A DNA stretch of 24,757 nucleotides from a virus (Duplodnaviria > Caudoviricetes), in IMG/VR virus record IMGVR_UViG_3300033076_001006, positions 1-24,757 of that record; one strand, written 5' to 3'. The notes under the pieces were generated by a model. That model was not told the DNA's origin, did not search any database, and saw only the letters and a list, made by a program, of their open reading frames with translations. Shown in pieces: positions 6,503 to 15,186 of this stretch. A program made the position numbers and the translations under genes. Every line of letters starts with the position of its first letter. The stretch's first letter is position 1.

Positions 6503-6895
6503 ATGTCCAAAATTAAAATGACCCAAACTATTGCACGTATTCTTGCTTCACGTGTTGCAAAAGAAGTAAACTCAGCTCTTGAAGCAAAGAGTGAAAAGCT
6601 GTCAGAAAATGTAACAAAGTCAAAAGACTTCAAGCAGCTTGTAAAGCTTCAATCTCAAATTCGTTCTTTGACAGAAGAATCAAACCTTCTTGCACGCAAG
6701 CTAGAAAAAGAGAATTCAAGTTCAAATGTCAATGTTAGAGTTAACACCTACCGTGATGAAACGCCTAGAGTTTACATTAGCAAAGGTGTAAGCGTTGAAG
6801 CAATTGCAGAGGACATCATGATCAAAGCACATTTTGCTGACTCAAAAACAACTGAGGAAGAGTTGATCAAAGAGATCGTTGCTTCTTACATTTAA
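6503..6895 (+). CDS. Hypothetical coiled-coil protein
   Basis: ORF track; CAAATCCT-ATG start; heptad-like central helix. Confidence 0.85.
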   Translation: MSKIKMTQTIARILASRVAKEVNSALEAKSEKLSENVTKSKDFKQLVKLQSQIRSLTEESNLLARKLEKENSSSNVNVRVNTYRDETPRVYISKGVSVEAIAEDIMIKAHFADSKTTEEELIKEIVASYI

Positions 6896-6903
6896 AAAGT
6901 AAA

Positions 6904-7038
6904 GCTAGTGCCTTGCAGGAGAGACCAGTATCAGAAGCCGTGGACGGAGATTAGTACCTGTTAGTCACTTTGTGGCCGGACCAGTGAACACTCTAGGGGA
7001 CGTCAGTATGAAGAACCGCACTCTCCTGCAGTCACTGC
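6904..7038 (+). ncRNA. Candidate structured RNA
   Basis: Perfect 10-bp stem TGCAGGAGAG(6914-6923)/CTCTCCTGCA(7021-7030) enclosing a 97-nt GC-richer interior in a 168-nt intergenic gap. Confidence 0.55.
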
Positions 7039-7063
7039 AAGTTGTACCTAAAATTTTAGTCAG

Positions 7064-7234
7064 ATGAAGGCTTTTTTATCAGCCCTTGCGGCATTTTTAT
7101 TTATCATGCTTCTTGGCATGTACATTATGGGTGGCTATGATCACCAGACTGTTGCTTCTAAATTTGCAAGCTCAGTCATTGGGATATGTTTTGCTGGTCT
7201 TGTAGTTTTTTTTGTTAAATCAGAGGAACTCTAA
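7064..7234 (+). CDS. Small two-TM membrane protein (56 aa)
   Basis: MKAFLSALAAFLFIMLLGMYIMGG..SSVIGICFAGLVVFFVKSEEL; TAATG overlap with next gene; not in ORF track. Confidence 0.75.
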   Translation: MKAFLSALAAFLFIMLLGMYIMGGYDHQTVASKFASSVIGICFAGLVVFFVKSEEL

Positions 7235-7623
7235 TGAAAGAGCCAGCAGAAATCCCAGAAACAGGTGTTATCCATTGTGACAACCCCTCATGTGATTACA
7301 CATTAGACAACGTAAAGTACGCTGATCTTCACAATCACATCCATTCAGAATGCCCTAAGTGTGGTGAAGTTCTTATTACAGAGCAAGACTACATGAGTGC
7401 TATGACAATGATTGAGACACTCCGTCTCATCAACACCCTGTCACCAGATGAACTTGAGATCCTCAAGCAAATAGTACCAGGCGGTGATGTTGAGGGCTTT
7501 GCCCAGGACCAGATCACCACAACAGACGAGCGCAAAAGAGTGCTCTTCAATTCGCGTAGCAGGAAGTTTGAAGACATCCCAGATGCTGAAACTATTCCTG
7601 ACTTACCAGAAACTGATGTTTAA
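7234..7623 (+). CDS. Zn-ribbon hypothetical protein
   Basis: CDNPSC...CPKCGE. Confidence 0.85.
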   Translation: MKEPAEIPETGVIHCDNPSCDYTLDNVKYADLHNHIHSECPKCGEVLITEQDYMSAMTMIETLRLINTLSPDELEILKQIVPGGDVEGFAQDQITTTDERKRVLFNSRSRKFEDIPDAETIPDLPETDV

Positions 7624-7639
7624 CCAATTTCTCAGAACA

Positions 7640-8203
7640 ATGTTTGACAAAAAGACTTATCCAGTACCCGTATCCCGTGCGTTAAGAATCCTTAACATCT
7701 TTACCTTTGTTGCAATTGCAGCATTGGTATCTGCAATGGTTTTCTACACCGGATACAAAGAAGGACGCAGTGTCGCTCCTACCTCAGTTCCACAAGAAGA
7801 GATGATCAGCATAAATGTAGCTGACTCCTTCAATGAGGAATCTTTCAAAGAATATCTGCTAGACCTTAACGTTAAGTTCCCGCACATTGTGTACGCACAG
7901 GCTGTGCTTGAAACAGGACGTTTCTCCAGTAAGATATTCCGTAACAACAACAACCTCTTTGGAATGAAAGAGGCACGCCAACGGGCTACCACAAACGCAG
8001 GAAGTGAACTTGGACACGCAGTATACAACAGCTGGCGTGAAAGTGTGGTGGATTATGCCTTGTTCCAGTGTGCTTTTCTCACAAAGATCCGTACAGAGGA
8101 AGCGTACTACGCCTATTTACGCGAGAACTACGCAGAAGATCCTAATTACATCAAGCTGGTACAGAAAATTGCCAGTGAATTCAAAACATCCTTTAAGTCT
8201 TAA
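7640..8203 (+). CDS. GH73/FlgJ-like glucosaminidase (peptidoglycan hydrolase) with N-terminal TM (start 7640, alternative 7616)
   Basis: AQAVLETG, NNLFGMK and YAEDPNY motifs; hydrophobic segment IFTFVAIAALVSAMVFYTGY. Confidence 0.88.
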   Translation: MFDKKTYPVPVSRALRILNIFTFVAIAALVSAMVFYTGYKEGRSVAPTSVPQEEMISINVADSFNEESFKEYLLDLNVKFPHIVYAQAVLETGRFSSKIFRNNNNLFGMKEARQRATTNAGSELGHAVYNSWRESVVDYALFQCAFLTKIRTEEAYYAYLRENYAEDPNYIKLVQKIASEFKTSFKS

Positions 8204-8206
8204 GCC

Positions 8207-8545
8207 ATGAAGCTAGTACTGAACAACACTTTTAAGTCAGGTAATGTCCTGTACAAATCATTTGAGGTCCAACCACCGGTATCTGATCTAACAGCTGCCG
8301 GTGATGTGATCACAGAGCTCACTGTAGACTATGACCTGGAGAATGGTCTGGTTGCCGTGTTTGCCAAAGATGATAATGACGTGACACTGGAAGAGGCTAT
8401 CCTGGTGATGAACCTGGATGCTAACCTTGACCCTTATTCTGACAAAGCGGATAAGACAGTATTTGCTGAGCTGTTCCAGCGTGAGGTCCAGATGGAAATC
8501 TCAGACTACGCGCTGGAGCTACTGGCACTGCTGCAGGATGATTAA
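8207..8545 (+). CDS. Acidic hypothetical protein
   Basis: ORF track; about 23 D/E versus 7 K/R in 112 aa. Confidence 0.8.
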   Translation: MKLVLNNTFKSGNVLYKSFEVQPPVSDLTAAGDVITELTVDYDLENGLVAVFAKDDNDVTLEEAILVMNLDANLDPYSDKADKTVFAELFQREVQMEISDYALELLALLQDD

Positions 8546-8576
8546 TTTCTAATCACTTCAAAACCAAAGTTTTACT

Positions 8577-8846
8577 ATGGGTAAAATGAAAGAACTCGCC
8601 ATGCAAATCCAAGAGAAGGAATTGGGCGAAGCTGAACATCGGCACCTGGACGATGAGTATCACTACTTACAGTACATCCAGGACAAATACAAAAGTCCAA
8701 AGAACGTCTGCTTCATGCATGACAACACCGGTGCTCTTGTAATGCTACAGGGAGAGACAGAAGAGGAGATCATGATGACAGCCGCTAAATGGAACCTGGA
8801 AGGAGAGTTCATGATCATGAAACCTGAAAAACACCTGTTCCCATGA
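8577..8846 (+). CDS. Hypothetical protein
   Basis: ORF track; MGKMKEL start common in phage small proteins. Confidence 0.8.
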   Translation: MGKMKELAMQIQEKELGEAEHRHLDDEYHYLQYIQDKYKSPKNVCFMHDNTGALVMLQGETEEEIMMTAAKWNLEGEFMIMKPEKHLFP

Positions 8847-9052
8847 TATTACTCCTAGTCTATTGCATAGGGTTGTACCTGTTTGGTCTCTATGCTATGT
8901 TTCAAACCTACCAGGAGGAAGGCGAGCTGACTGTCATGGACTTTTTGATGGTTATCATGTCTCCTGTATCCATGCTTACCGTAATGATCACCCATTTGCT
9001 CAGCAATGTGGTTGATTTGGACGCAGTTATCATCCGTAAGGGTGACTTGTAG
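8843..9052 (+). CDS. Small two-TM membrane protein
   Basis: ATGA overlap; two hydrophobic segments. Confidence 0.75.
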   Translation: MILLLVYCIGLYLFGLYAMFQTYQEEGELTVMDFLMVIMSPVSMLTVMITHLLSNVVDLDAVIIRKGDL

Positions 9053-9176
9053 AAGTAGTTCTACAATATCAACTCACTGATTATTAATTTGTAAACGAGA
9101 CTGGTTGGGCAATTGGCCTGACTGGTCTCTTTTTTTTGACAACAATTTGTAGAACTTTTGGAAGAAAGTCTACAAC
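9047..9176. promoter_or_regulatory. Cluster of TCTACAA-motif putative operator sites
   Basis: Palindrome TTGTAGAA-GTAG-TTCTACAA (9047-9066); AATTTGTAGAACTT (9144-9157) is the exact reverse complement of 23855-23868; AGTCTACAA at 9167-9175. Confidence 0.55.
9097..9137 (+). terminator. Intrinsic terminator
   Basis: 14-bp stem GAGACTGGTTGGGC/GCCTGACTGGTCTC (with G-U pairs) followed by T8. Confidence 0.85.
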
Positions 9177-9216
9177 ATACTATTTTCACATTTGACAACC
9201 TTAAAACGCAGCAAAC

Positions 9217-9753
9217 ATGAACAAGTTTCAATCTATCACAGCAACTGCACAAGGAATTATTTCCTATGACAAAGATGGTAAGCAGATCGTACAGCGTTAC
9301 GACAGAACTTTCCAGGCTTCTTCAGCCAAAAACCGTACAGCGCGTATTCAAGCAACCGCAGAGGATTTGCAAAAAATACACCTCAACCTGGTTCAACGAC
9401 AAATGTACCGCCGTTTGATGTATGGAATCAAAGAATACACACCAGAACAGATTGCCTCCATGTCTCCTTCTACCATCTCTAAGATCGTAGAGGATTACAA
9501 GAAGGCAAAACGTGCTCTTCATGTGCTCAAAGCAAAGAAATACTTTGCTGCAGAGACCAAGTTGATGAACGCGTTATTCCCTAACCAGAACATCGGGTCA
9601 AAAGATTTTGACTGGTACCTGGACATTCCAAAGAATGTAACTCTCAGAAGCCTTGGTATTGGTACCAAACAGGTGATTGATGAGTTCATTTCGCGCAAGC
9701 TCTTGCCAAAGAACTTTTACACTATCAACCCTGAAAATGTTTCCATGCCATGA
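9217..9753 (+). CDS. Basic hypothetical protein
   Basis: ORF track; first gene after the terminator/operator cluster. Confidence 0.85.
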   Translation: MNKFQSITATAQGIISYDKDGKQIVQRYDRTFQASSAKNRTARIQATAEDLQKIHLNLVQRQMYRRLMYGIKEYTPEQIASMSPSTISKIVEDYKKAKRALHVLKAKKYFAAETKLMNALFPNQNIGSKDFDWYLDIPKNVTLRSLGIGTKQVIDEFISRKLLPKNFYTINPENVSMP

Positions 9754-10091
9754 GTGAACAACAAATCAACCAAACGACCTCTACAGAGAGCTCAGCAGAT
9801 AAGTTTGCTGGGCTTTCCAATGAGGAGATCCTCGTTATCCATACTCGCTTTAAACAGTACCTGGACACGCTCCATGAAAGCTTTGAGAAAGGCCAGGCAT
9901 CCAAGCAGATTGATACTCCGCTTGGCAAAGCCACAGCCATTGTCAAGGTAGACAAGGAGCAAATTGAAAAATTCAAAGCAACAGAGTACTACCAGCTGTG
10001 TACAGCAGTGGTAGATAAGCTCTCTCCTATTGTAGAGCTGTTGCAAGAGTGTGACGATAAATACAAGAAGCTGGCGGATGAGTTACGGTAG
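9750..10091 (+). CDS. Hypothetical protein
   Basis: ATGA overlap; ORF track. Confidence 0.85.
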   Translation: MSEQQINQTTSTESSADKFAGLSNEEILVIHTRFKQYLDTLHESFEKGQASKQIDTPLGKATAIVKVDKEQIEKFKATEYYQLCTAVVDKLSPIVELLQECDDKYKKLADELR

Positions 10092-10353
10092 AGTAAATAA
10101 CGCGGTGTCCTATTCTGTGCATCTGTCTTTGGAAGCAAAAGGACTATACGCGATTATTTGCTCGCTGTGTGGTAACAAAAACTTTTGTTATCCATCTCTT
10201 CAGAAGCTTGTTGAGTACACCGGGAAGAGTAAGTCCACGGTACAGCGCCTGTTAAAAGAACTTATAGACAAGGGCGTTGTCACCAGGAGTTATGATCCCA
10301 CCAGCCAAATGACCATCACATACAACTTGATGGACCCCAAGAACAAAGTATAA
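10078..10353 (+). CDS. Winged-helix DNA-binding protein resembling the N-terminal domain of phage replication initiators (HTH_36-like; start ATG 10078)
   Basis: LSLEAKGLYAIICS..CYPSLQKLVEYTGKSKSTVQRLLKELIDKGVV. Confidence 0.85.
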   Translation: MSYGRVNNAVSYSVHLSLEAKGLYAIICSLCGNKNFCYPSLQKLVEYTGKSKSTVQRLLKELIDKGVVTRSYDPTSQMTITYNLMDPKNKV

Positions 10354-10370
10354 ACCAATATCCAAATCCT

Positions 10371-10844
10371 ATGTCAAAGAAATCAATTATTGACGCTATC
10401 CGCAAATACGTGGATGAAACCCCTAAGTCACAGGTACCTGACCACGTGCTTATCGCTGTTGAACTAGATGATGACGGTGTACCTACAGCAACCGCTGTGA
10501 ACGCCAAAGGTCGTCCGTTCACCATGCTAGGCATGCTGGATCTTCTTATCCGCAAGGCTGAAGAGAACAAAGAAGAAGTCCATGAAAGAATTGAGCGTGC
10601 TGAAAGTGGCAACAATGGTATCAAAGATATGCCTCAAGAGCTTCAGGATAAACTTCGTGATCTTGAAAACCGTGCACGTGAAGCAGCTCGCAACGAAAGT
10701 CTGGGAGAACTCTTTGCCATCAAAGAAGAAGCTGAGAAGATCATGCGTGACTTTGTTGAAAAGCATAGGGACGATTCTGAAGACAAAAAAGATGATGATT
10801 CTGACTCATCAAACTTCACTTTAGGGGACTTTAAAAATCTCTAA
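10371..10844 (+). CDS. Hypothetical coiled-coil protein with acidic tail
   Basis: ORF track; CAAATCCT-ATG start. Confidence 0.85.
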   Translation: MSKKSIIDAIRKYVDETPKSQVPDHVLIAVELDDDGVPTATAVNAKGRPFTMLGMLDLLIRKAEENKEEVHERIERAESGNNGIKDMPQELQDKLRDLENRAREAARNESLGELFAIKEEAEKIMRDFVEKHRDDSEDKKDDDSDSSNFTLGDFKNL

Positions 10845-10855
10845 AAATCCAAGGG

Positions 10856-10966
10856 AGGGTAGTCATGGGTGACCACCTTGAAAAACGGCGGTATTTCTCT
10901 TTCTATTCTTCTCTTTACTTACTAGTCACTGGTGACTACCCTATGTGGTCACTGGTGACTATCCTA
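10856..10966. repeat. Three-copy palindromic iteron/operator-like array with a pyrimidine tract
   Basis: Consensus TRGTCAC-NN-RTGACTAYCCT at 10923-10942, 10946-10965 and inverted at 10856-10875; C/T-rich spacer 10894-10920. Confidence 0.8.
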
Positions 10967-10997
10967 AGCGCTTTCGTTAACAAAAAATTAACAACTT

Positions 10998-11588
10998 ATG
11001 AGCGTAGACATTTATGGGCGTAACCCCAATGTTTTAGAACCTCAGCTTCAAATGCCAGACAACTATTCTGATCTGTCACCTGAAGAGCAAGAGGAGTTTT
11101 GGCAACGCAGAGATCATCAGCTGCAGGACTCACCCGGATATTGCTACAGAAGCAGTGCCTGGGACTGGCGTCCTATCCAGGTGATGATAGAGCGGTTCAA
11201 TGAATCCTATGACCTTCAAATTCCCAAAGAGGAAATTGATGCACTGGCATTCAATGACGGCAAGGGTATATCTGACCCTTTCCAATGTAAACTCTTGGCC
11301 AGGGTGTTCCGTAAACTGATTGAAGGCATGGTTGAAAAGAACCAGGAAATTATCTATATGAACATAGGTAAGTGGTATGCCTCCAAGATAGTAGATGGAA
11401 GAACCCAATGGACCAAGGTCACTGACGAATCCCTCGCTGAAAAACTCAGCGATATGAACCCAGGCTTTTTCTTTAGCCTGCCGCTCTTGAACAGTATAGA
11501 GTACAAAACACCCTACTCTACTCTTAGAACACAGCTGGAAGAGTTTGCCGACTTCCTAGAAAACTGTAACGGCTTCAAAGTTTTATAA
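10998..11588 (+). CDS. Hypothetical phage protein
   Basis: ORF track; MSVDIYG..PGYCYRSSAWDWRPI..FADFLENCNGF. Confidence 0.85.
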   Translation: MSVDIYGRNPNVLEPQLQMPDNYSDLSPEEQEEFWQRRDHQLQDSPGYCYRSSAWDWRPIQVMIERFNESYDLQIPKEEIDALAFNDGKGISDPFQCKLLARVFRKLIEGMVEKNQEIIYMNIGKWYASKIVDGRTQWTKVTDESLAEKLSDMNPGFFFSLPLLNSIEYKTPYSTLRTQLEEFADFLENCNGFKVL

Positions 11589-11608
11589 CCTTTCAAAAAA
11601 CAAAAAGC

Positions 11609-12895
11609 ATGATCCTTTTACAAAGCTTTATCTCAGGAACCAGTTACCAAGTGAAAACCCTCAGCGGCCAGGAATTTGAGCGCACTTTGACACGTAGCGT
11701 TGAAGACATCCGCATCACAGCTCCTATTGCTGAGTTTGCCAAGTATCCGCTTGGTACTATTTTCATTGCTGACAAGTTTGACTTTCCTGAGGAAGATCAT
11801 TTGAACATCCGTGTGGATGACGTAGTACCTGTAATGTATGAGAAAACCCTCATGCCTATGTCGCATTTGCCAAAAGAGCGCTTGAATGCGATTGCAGACT
11901 ACACTGTTGACTATATGCTTGACCACGCTGATTTCGGGGTTGAGTTTGCCAAAAATGTGGCAGAACAATTTGCATCATTTGGCTATGAGTTTGACTGGGA
12001 TTCCAAAGTCGCTCCTAAGCCTGTTGCCGGTGAGGCGCTTCCAACTGGAGCTAACCTCCGCCGTACCATTGCTGCCAGCTATCCTGTTCCTACTGTGGAA
12101 GACTGCGGTTTCCACATTGATCCAGAAATGTGGTTCTTACTTGTACGTAACGTACTTCGTGGTGAGAACGTCATGTTAGTAGGACCTACTGGCGCGGGTA
12201 AGACAGAAATAATCTCTCACTTGGCTAACGCCATGGAGAAAGAAATGTTCATCCAGGATATGGGAACTGTACAGGATGCGCAGTCAGCGCTTCTTGGTGT
12301 TCACCGTTTGAACAAAGAAGGTCATTCTGTTTTTGAGTATGCTCCATTTGTGGGACATATCAAATCAGGAGGCATTGTTCTTTTGGATGAGTTATCTAGA
12401 GCTCCTCTTGCTGCTAATAACATCCTCTTCCCATGTTTGGATAAGAGACGTTACTTGCCAATTGACGTAGCATCAGAAGAGGCAGATCGTATGGTTCCAG
12501 TACATGAGAACACAGTTTTCATTGCTACCGCTAACATTGGTTCTGAATACTCTGGTACCAATGCCATTGACCGTGCATTGCTGGACCGTTTCTTTATTGT
12601 TGAAGTAGGTTATCCTACTGAGAAGGATGAGATCCGTGTCTTGACTACCCGCACAGGAGTCAATGAGCGCCCTGCTTCTGCCATTGTCCGTGTGGCCAAT
12701 GAGATCCGTAAGCAGTACAAGGAGCAGGAGTTATCCACTCCTATCTCTGTTCGTCACACCCTTCAGGCAGCAAGCCTGATCTCTGACGGATTTGAGACAG
12801 ACAAGGCTTTGCTTGCTACCATCATGCCTCTCTTTGAGGACGGCATTGGTGTGTCAGAGCGTAGCAAGGTGCTTTCTATCATCTCTGCATTTTAA
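11609..12895 (+). CDS. MoxR-family AAA+ ATPase (CobS/CbbQ/NorQ-like) with N-terminal extension
   Basis: Walker A GPTGAGKT, Walker B VLLDE, sensor I ATAN, Arg finger DRALLDRF, sensor II ISVR; adjacent VWA gene. Confidence 0.92.
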   Translation: MILLQSFISGTSYQVKTLSGQEFERTLTRSVEDIRITAPIAEFAKYPLGTIFIADKFDFPEEDHLNIRVDDVVPVMYEKTLMPMSHLPKERLNAIADYTVDYMLDHADFGVEFAKNVAEQFASFGYEFDWDSKVAPKPVAGEALPTGANLRRTIAASYPVPTVEDCGFHIDPEMWFLLVRNVLRGENVMLVGPTGAGKTEIISHLANAMEKEMFIQDMGTVQDAQSALLGVHRLNKEGHSVFEYAPFVGHIKSGGIVLLDELSRAPLAANNILFPCLDKRRYLPIDVASEEADRMVPVHENTVFIATANIGSEYSGTNAIDRALLDRFFIVEVGYPTEKDEIRVLTTRTGVNERPASAIVRVANEIRKQYKEQELSTPISVRHTLQAASLISDGFETDKALLATIMPLFEDGIGVSERSKVLSIISAF

Positions 12896-12925
12896 AGCTG
12901 TAAGGATCAGCTATAGTGAGAATCC

Positions 12926-12952
12926 AGGGAGAGTGTAACAGCTCTCCCTTTT
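12926..12952 (+). terminator. Intergenic hairpin/attenuator between the AAA+ and VWA genes
   Basis: AGGGAGAG-TGTAACAG-CTCTCCCT followed by TTT. Confidence 0.65.
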
Positions 12953-12973
12953 CTTACACTCCCAACCAATTAC

Positions 12974-14824
12974 ATGAGAAACATGAGTAAGTTAGTAAAA
13001 GACTGGTTTGGTCGTAGAGCTGAAGAAGCCTACACCTTTGCTGATGAGTCAAAAAGACTTTTCAGCTGGGATAAAGGAAGAGATGCATATTCATCTTACT
13101 TTATCCGTAGTGACGAATCCCTAAAGAATGCAGCCAAGATGATTGGTTCCATGTTTAGAGTAGTTGGTGTTCCTAAAGGATATCAGTATACAGCCAACAT
13201 GCAGAAAGGTAGCAGTGATAAGCATGCAAAGACTGTTCAAGTTCCCCTTCAAATGTTGCGCGATAAAGATGGTAAATATCTGGACAGTGATCCTAAGTTA
13301 TTGGATGCTTTCTATGGTGCTTCCATTCAAAACGCTGCCCTTGCAACTATGCAGACAGAACATGAGTATCGTGCTACCATGCGTGCAAGAGAGCGCGGTA
13401 AGGTAGAAGATCTTATGTTCAGTGTTCTTAACACAGAGCGTATTGATAAAAAACTGGCAGACCGTTTACCAGGTTACCTCAAGTTTGTGCAGCGTTACAA
13501 GGACCACACGTATGAGAATTACGAAGGTCCAGATATCACTGCATCCAAGCAAGAGCGCCTGATGGACTTGATTGTTAAGATGCTCCGTTATCCTGCTAAC
13601 CTGGATCCTGAGTCTCTCAAAGAGTTTGAAACTCCCATCAAGCAGATAGAACGCCTTATCAAAAAGACAGGTGGTATTCCTGGTACAAGTTCAGAGTGTG
13701 CTTCTATGGCAAAATCTCTGTCAAACATTGTTTACAAGTATGTAGATCCAGAAGAAGAACCGCCTGGTGGTGGTGGAGACGAAGGTGGTGATGAAGGAGA
13801 AGAAGAATCTCCGTCTAAATCACCTGGCAAGTCTAAATCTGAAATGGATGAACTTGCTAAGAAAATGATGGAAGCCATGGGTACACCTGATTCTCCTGGT
13901 GATGAAGATTTTTCAGGTGAATTTGAGGACTTCAAAGAAGACATGGAAGAAGGAGCACCTTCTCCTACAGGACATCATTCTTATGAGAAGGAAGGTGAGA
14001 TTGTAGAAGGCAAGGTGAAGTGGAAGAATGCTAAAGTCAACGAAAAATCCAAGGATACTTACAGAAGTGCCCTTAGTAAGATTGACGGTGCTAAAGCAGC
14101 CACCCTTCAAAAGCTTTTCCAGCGCAAAAGTAAGGACCAGGCATTTGCACTTAAGTCTATGCGTTCCGGTCGTCTTGATACCAACAAGATTGCAGAAGCC
14201 CGCCAAAACGTTCCTACTATCTATGAGCGCATAGGTCATATCAAAACCAATAAGGTCACTGTAGGTGTTCTTATTGATGAGTCTGGCTCTATGGATGGAA
14301 CTAAGATTGTAAAGGCACGTGAAGCAGCAGTGTTTATCAACGAGGTGTTTAAAAAAATGCCGGATGTAAACCTGTACATTTATGGTCATACAGCAGACAC
14401 TGATGGTACGCATACTACTACAATGCGTATCTATCATGAGAAGGGTACTATTACAGATGCCTTTGCTCTTGGTGATGTGGCAGCACGTGGTAATAACCGC
14501 GATGGTGATGCCATTCTTGCAGCAGCCAAGCGTATTCGTTCTAAGACGGAGAACCAGGGTATCTTATTTGTGCTCTCAGATGGTCAGCCAGCTGGTTATG
14601 ATTATCACGGCAAAGAAGCCATTATTGACACCCGCAAAAAGGTGAGCAAAGCACAGAGCTTAGGTTTCCAGGTCATTCAGATTGCTATTGAGGAATGCGT
14701 TCCTTCAGAGGAAATGTTTGATTACTTCATCAAGATGACTGATATCAAGAACCTGCCGCGTGAATTAACCGCTTATATGTCACGTAAAGTGGACAAGTTG
14801 ATCAAGCAAACGGTTACATTGTAG
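12974..14824 (+). CDS. VWA-domain protein (CobT/CbbO/NorD-like partner of the MoxR ATPase)
   Basis: RSGRLD motif, MIDAS DESGS, SDGQP; acidic Gly/Pro-rich linker. Confidence 0.92.
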   Translation: MRNMSKLVKDWFGRRAEEAYTFADESKRLFSWDKGRDAYSSYFIRSDESLKNAAKMIGSMFRVVGVPKGYQYTANMQKGSSDKHAKTVQVPLQMLRDKDGKYLDSDPKLLDAFYGASIQNAALATMQTEHEYRATMRARERGKVEDLMFSVLNTERIDKKLADRLPGYLKFVQRYKDHTYENYEGPDITASKQERLMDLIVKMLRYPANLDPESLKEFETPIKQIERLIKKTGGIPGTSSECASMAKSLSNIVYKYVDPEEEPPGGGGDEGGDEGEEESPSKSPGKSKSEMDELAKKMMEAMGTPDSPGDEDFSGEFEDFKEDMEEGAPSPTGHHSYEKEGEIVEGKVKWKNAKVNEKSKDTYRSALSKIDGAKAATLQKLFQRKSKDQAFALKSMRSGRLDTNKIAEARQNVPTIYERIGHIKTNKVTVGVLIDESGSMDGTKIVKAREAAVFINEVFKKMPDVNLYIYGHTADTDGTHTTTMRIYHEKGTITDAFALGDVAARGNNRDGDAILAAAKRIRSKTENQGILFVLSDGQPAGYDYHGKEAIIDTRKKVSKAQSLGFQVIQIAIEECVPSEEMFDYFIKMTDIKNLPRELTAYMSRKVDKLIKQTVTL

Positions 14825-14830
14825 AGAACT

Positions 14831-14862
14831 AAAAAGCCCCCAGAATTTACTCTTGGGGGCTT
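14831..14862. terminator. Terminator between convergent genes
   Basis: AAGCCCCCA/TGGGGGCTT stem; the upstream A5 run gives a U tract for the minus-strand gene. Confidence 0.75.
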
Positions 14863-14877
14863 GCTCTACAAAATCAG

Positions 14878-15186
14878 TTAGCCTACTCGCCACACTCTCA
14901 CAAATCGCTCCTCAGGCTTGATAACAGCCATACGCACCACCATATGCGAATACTGTTCTGATTTGCAGACCTTCTTTACTGAGTGTGCTTTCTTTTTAGG
15001 CACCACAAAGGACTGCTTAGGTTTGATTTGAGAGAGAATAACACCAACTTTTGAAATGAACTCCGGATCTCTTACACCACGTTGTGGCATAGGCACGTTG
15101 TTCTCAAGTTTTAAAATGTCCATTCCATCTACTTTAGATGATGGACGCCCTCTTTTAACAGGAGGGACTTTTGTCGAATTTCTCAT
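14878..15186 (-). CDS. Small basic putative DNA-binding protein with AT-hook-like KRGRP (start moved to 15186)
   Basis: LENNVPMP..QSFVVP..VRVWRV pattern typical of a widespread small phage DNA-binding family; only minus-strand gene. Confidence 0.75.
   Translation of the reverse strand: MRNSTKVPPVKRGRPSSKVDGMDILKLENNVPMPQRGVRDPEFISKVGVILSQIKPKQSFVVPKKKAHSVKKVCKSEQYSHMVVRMAVIKPEERFVRVWRVG

Noticed and set aside
10856-10966. CRISPR mini-array
   Set aside because: Units are about 20 nt, two are only 3 nt apart and one is inverted; no spacers and no cas genes
13750-13990. GA-rich low-complexity repeat-like DNA
   Set aside because: Explained by the acidic Gly/Pro linker codons of the VWA protein
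11609-14824. Cobalamin-synthesis auxiliary metabolic genes (cobS/cobT)
   Set aside because: No CobN or other cobalamin genes; MoxR/VWA pairs are general chaperone modules, so no gene symbol was assigned
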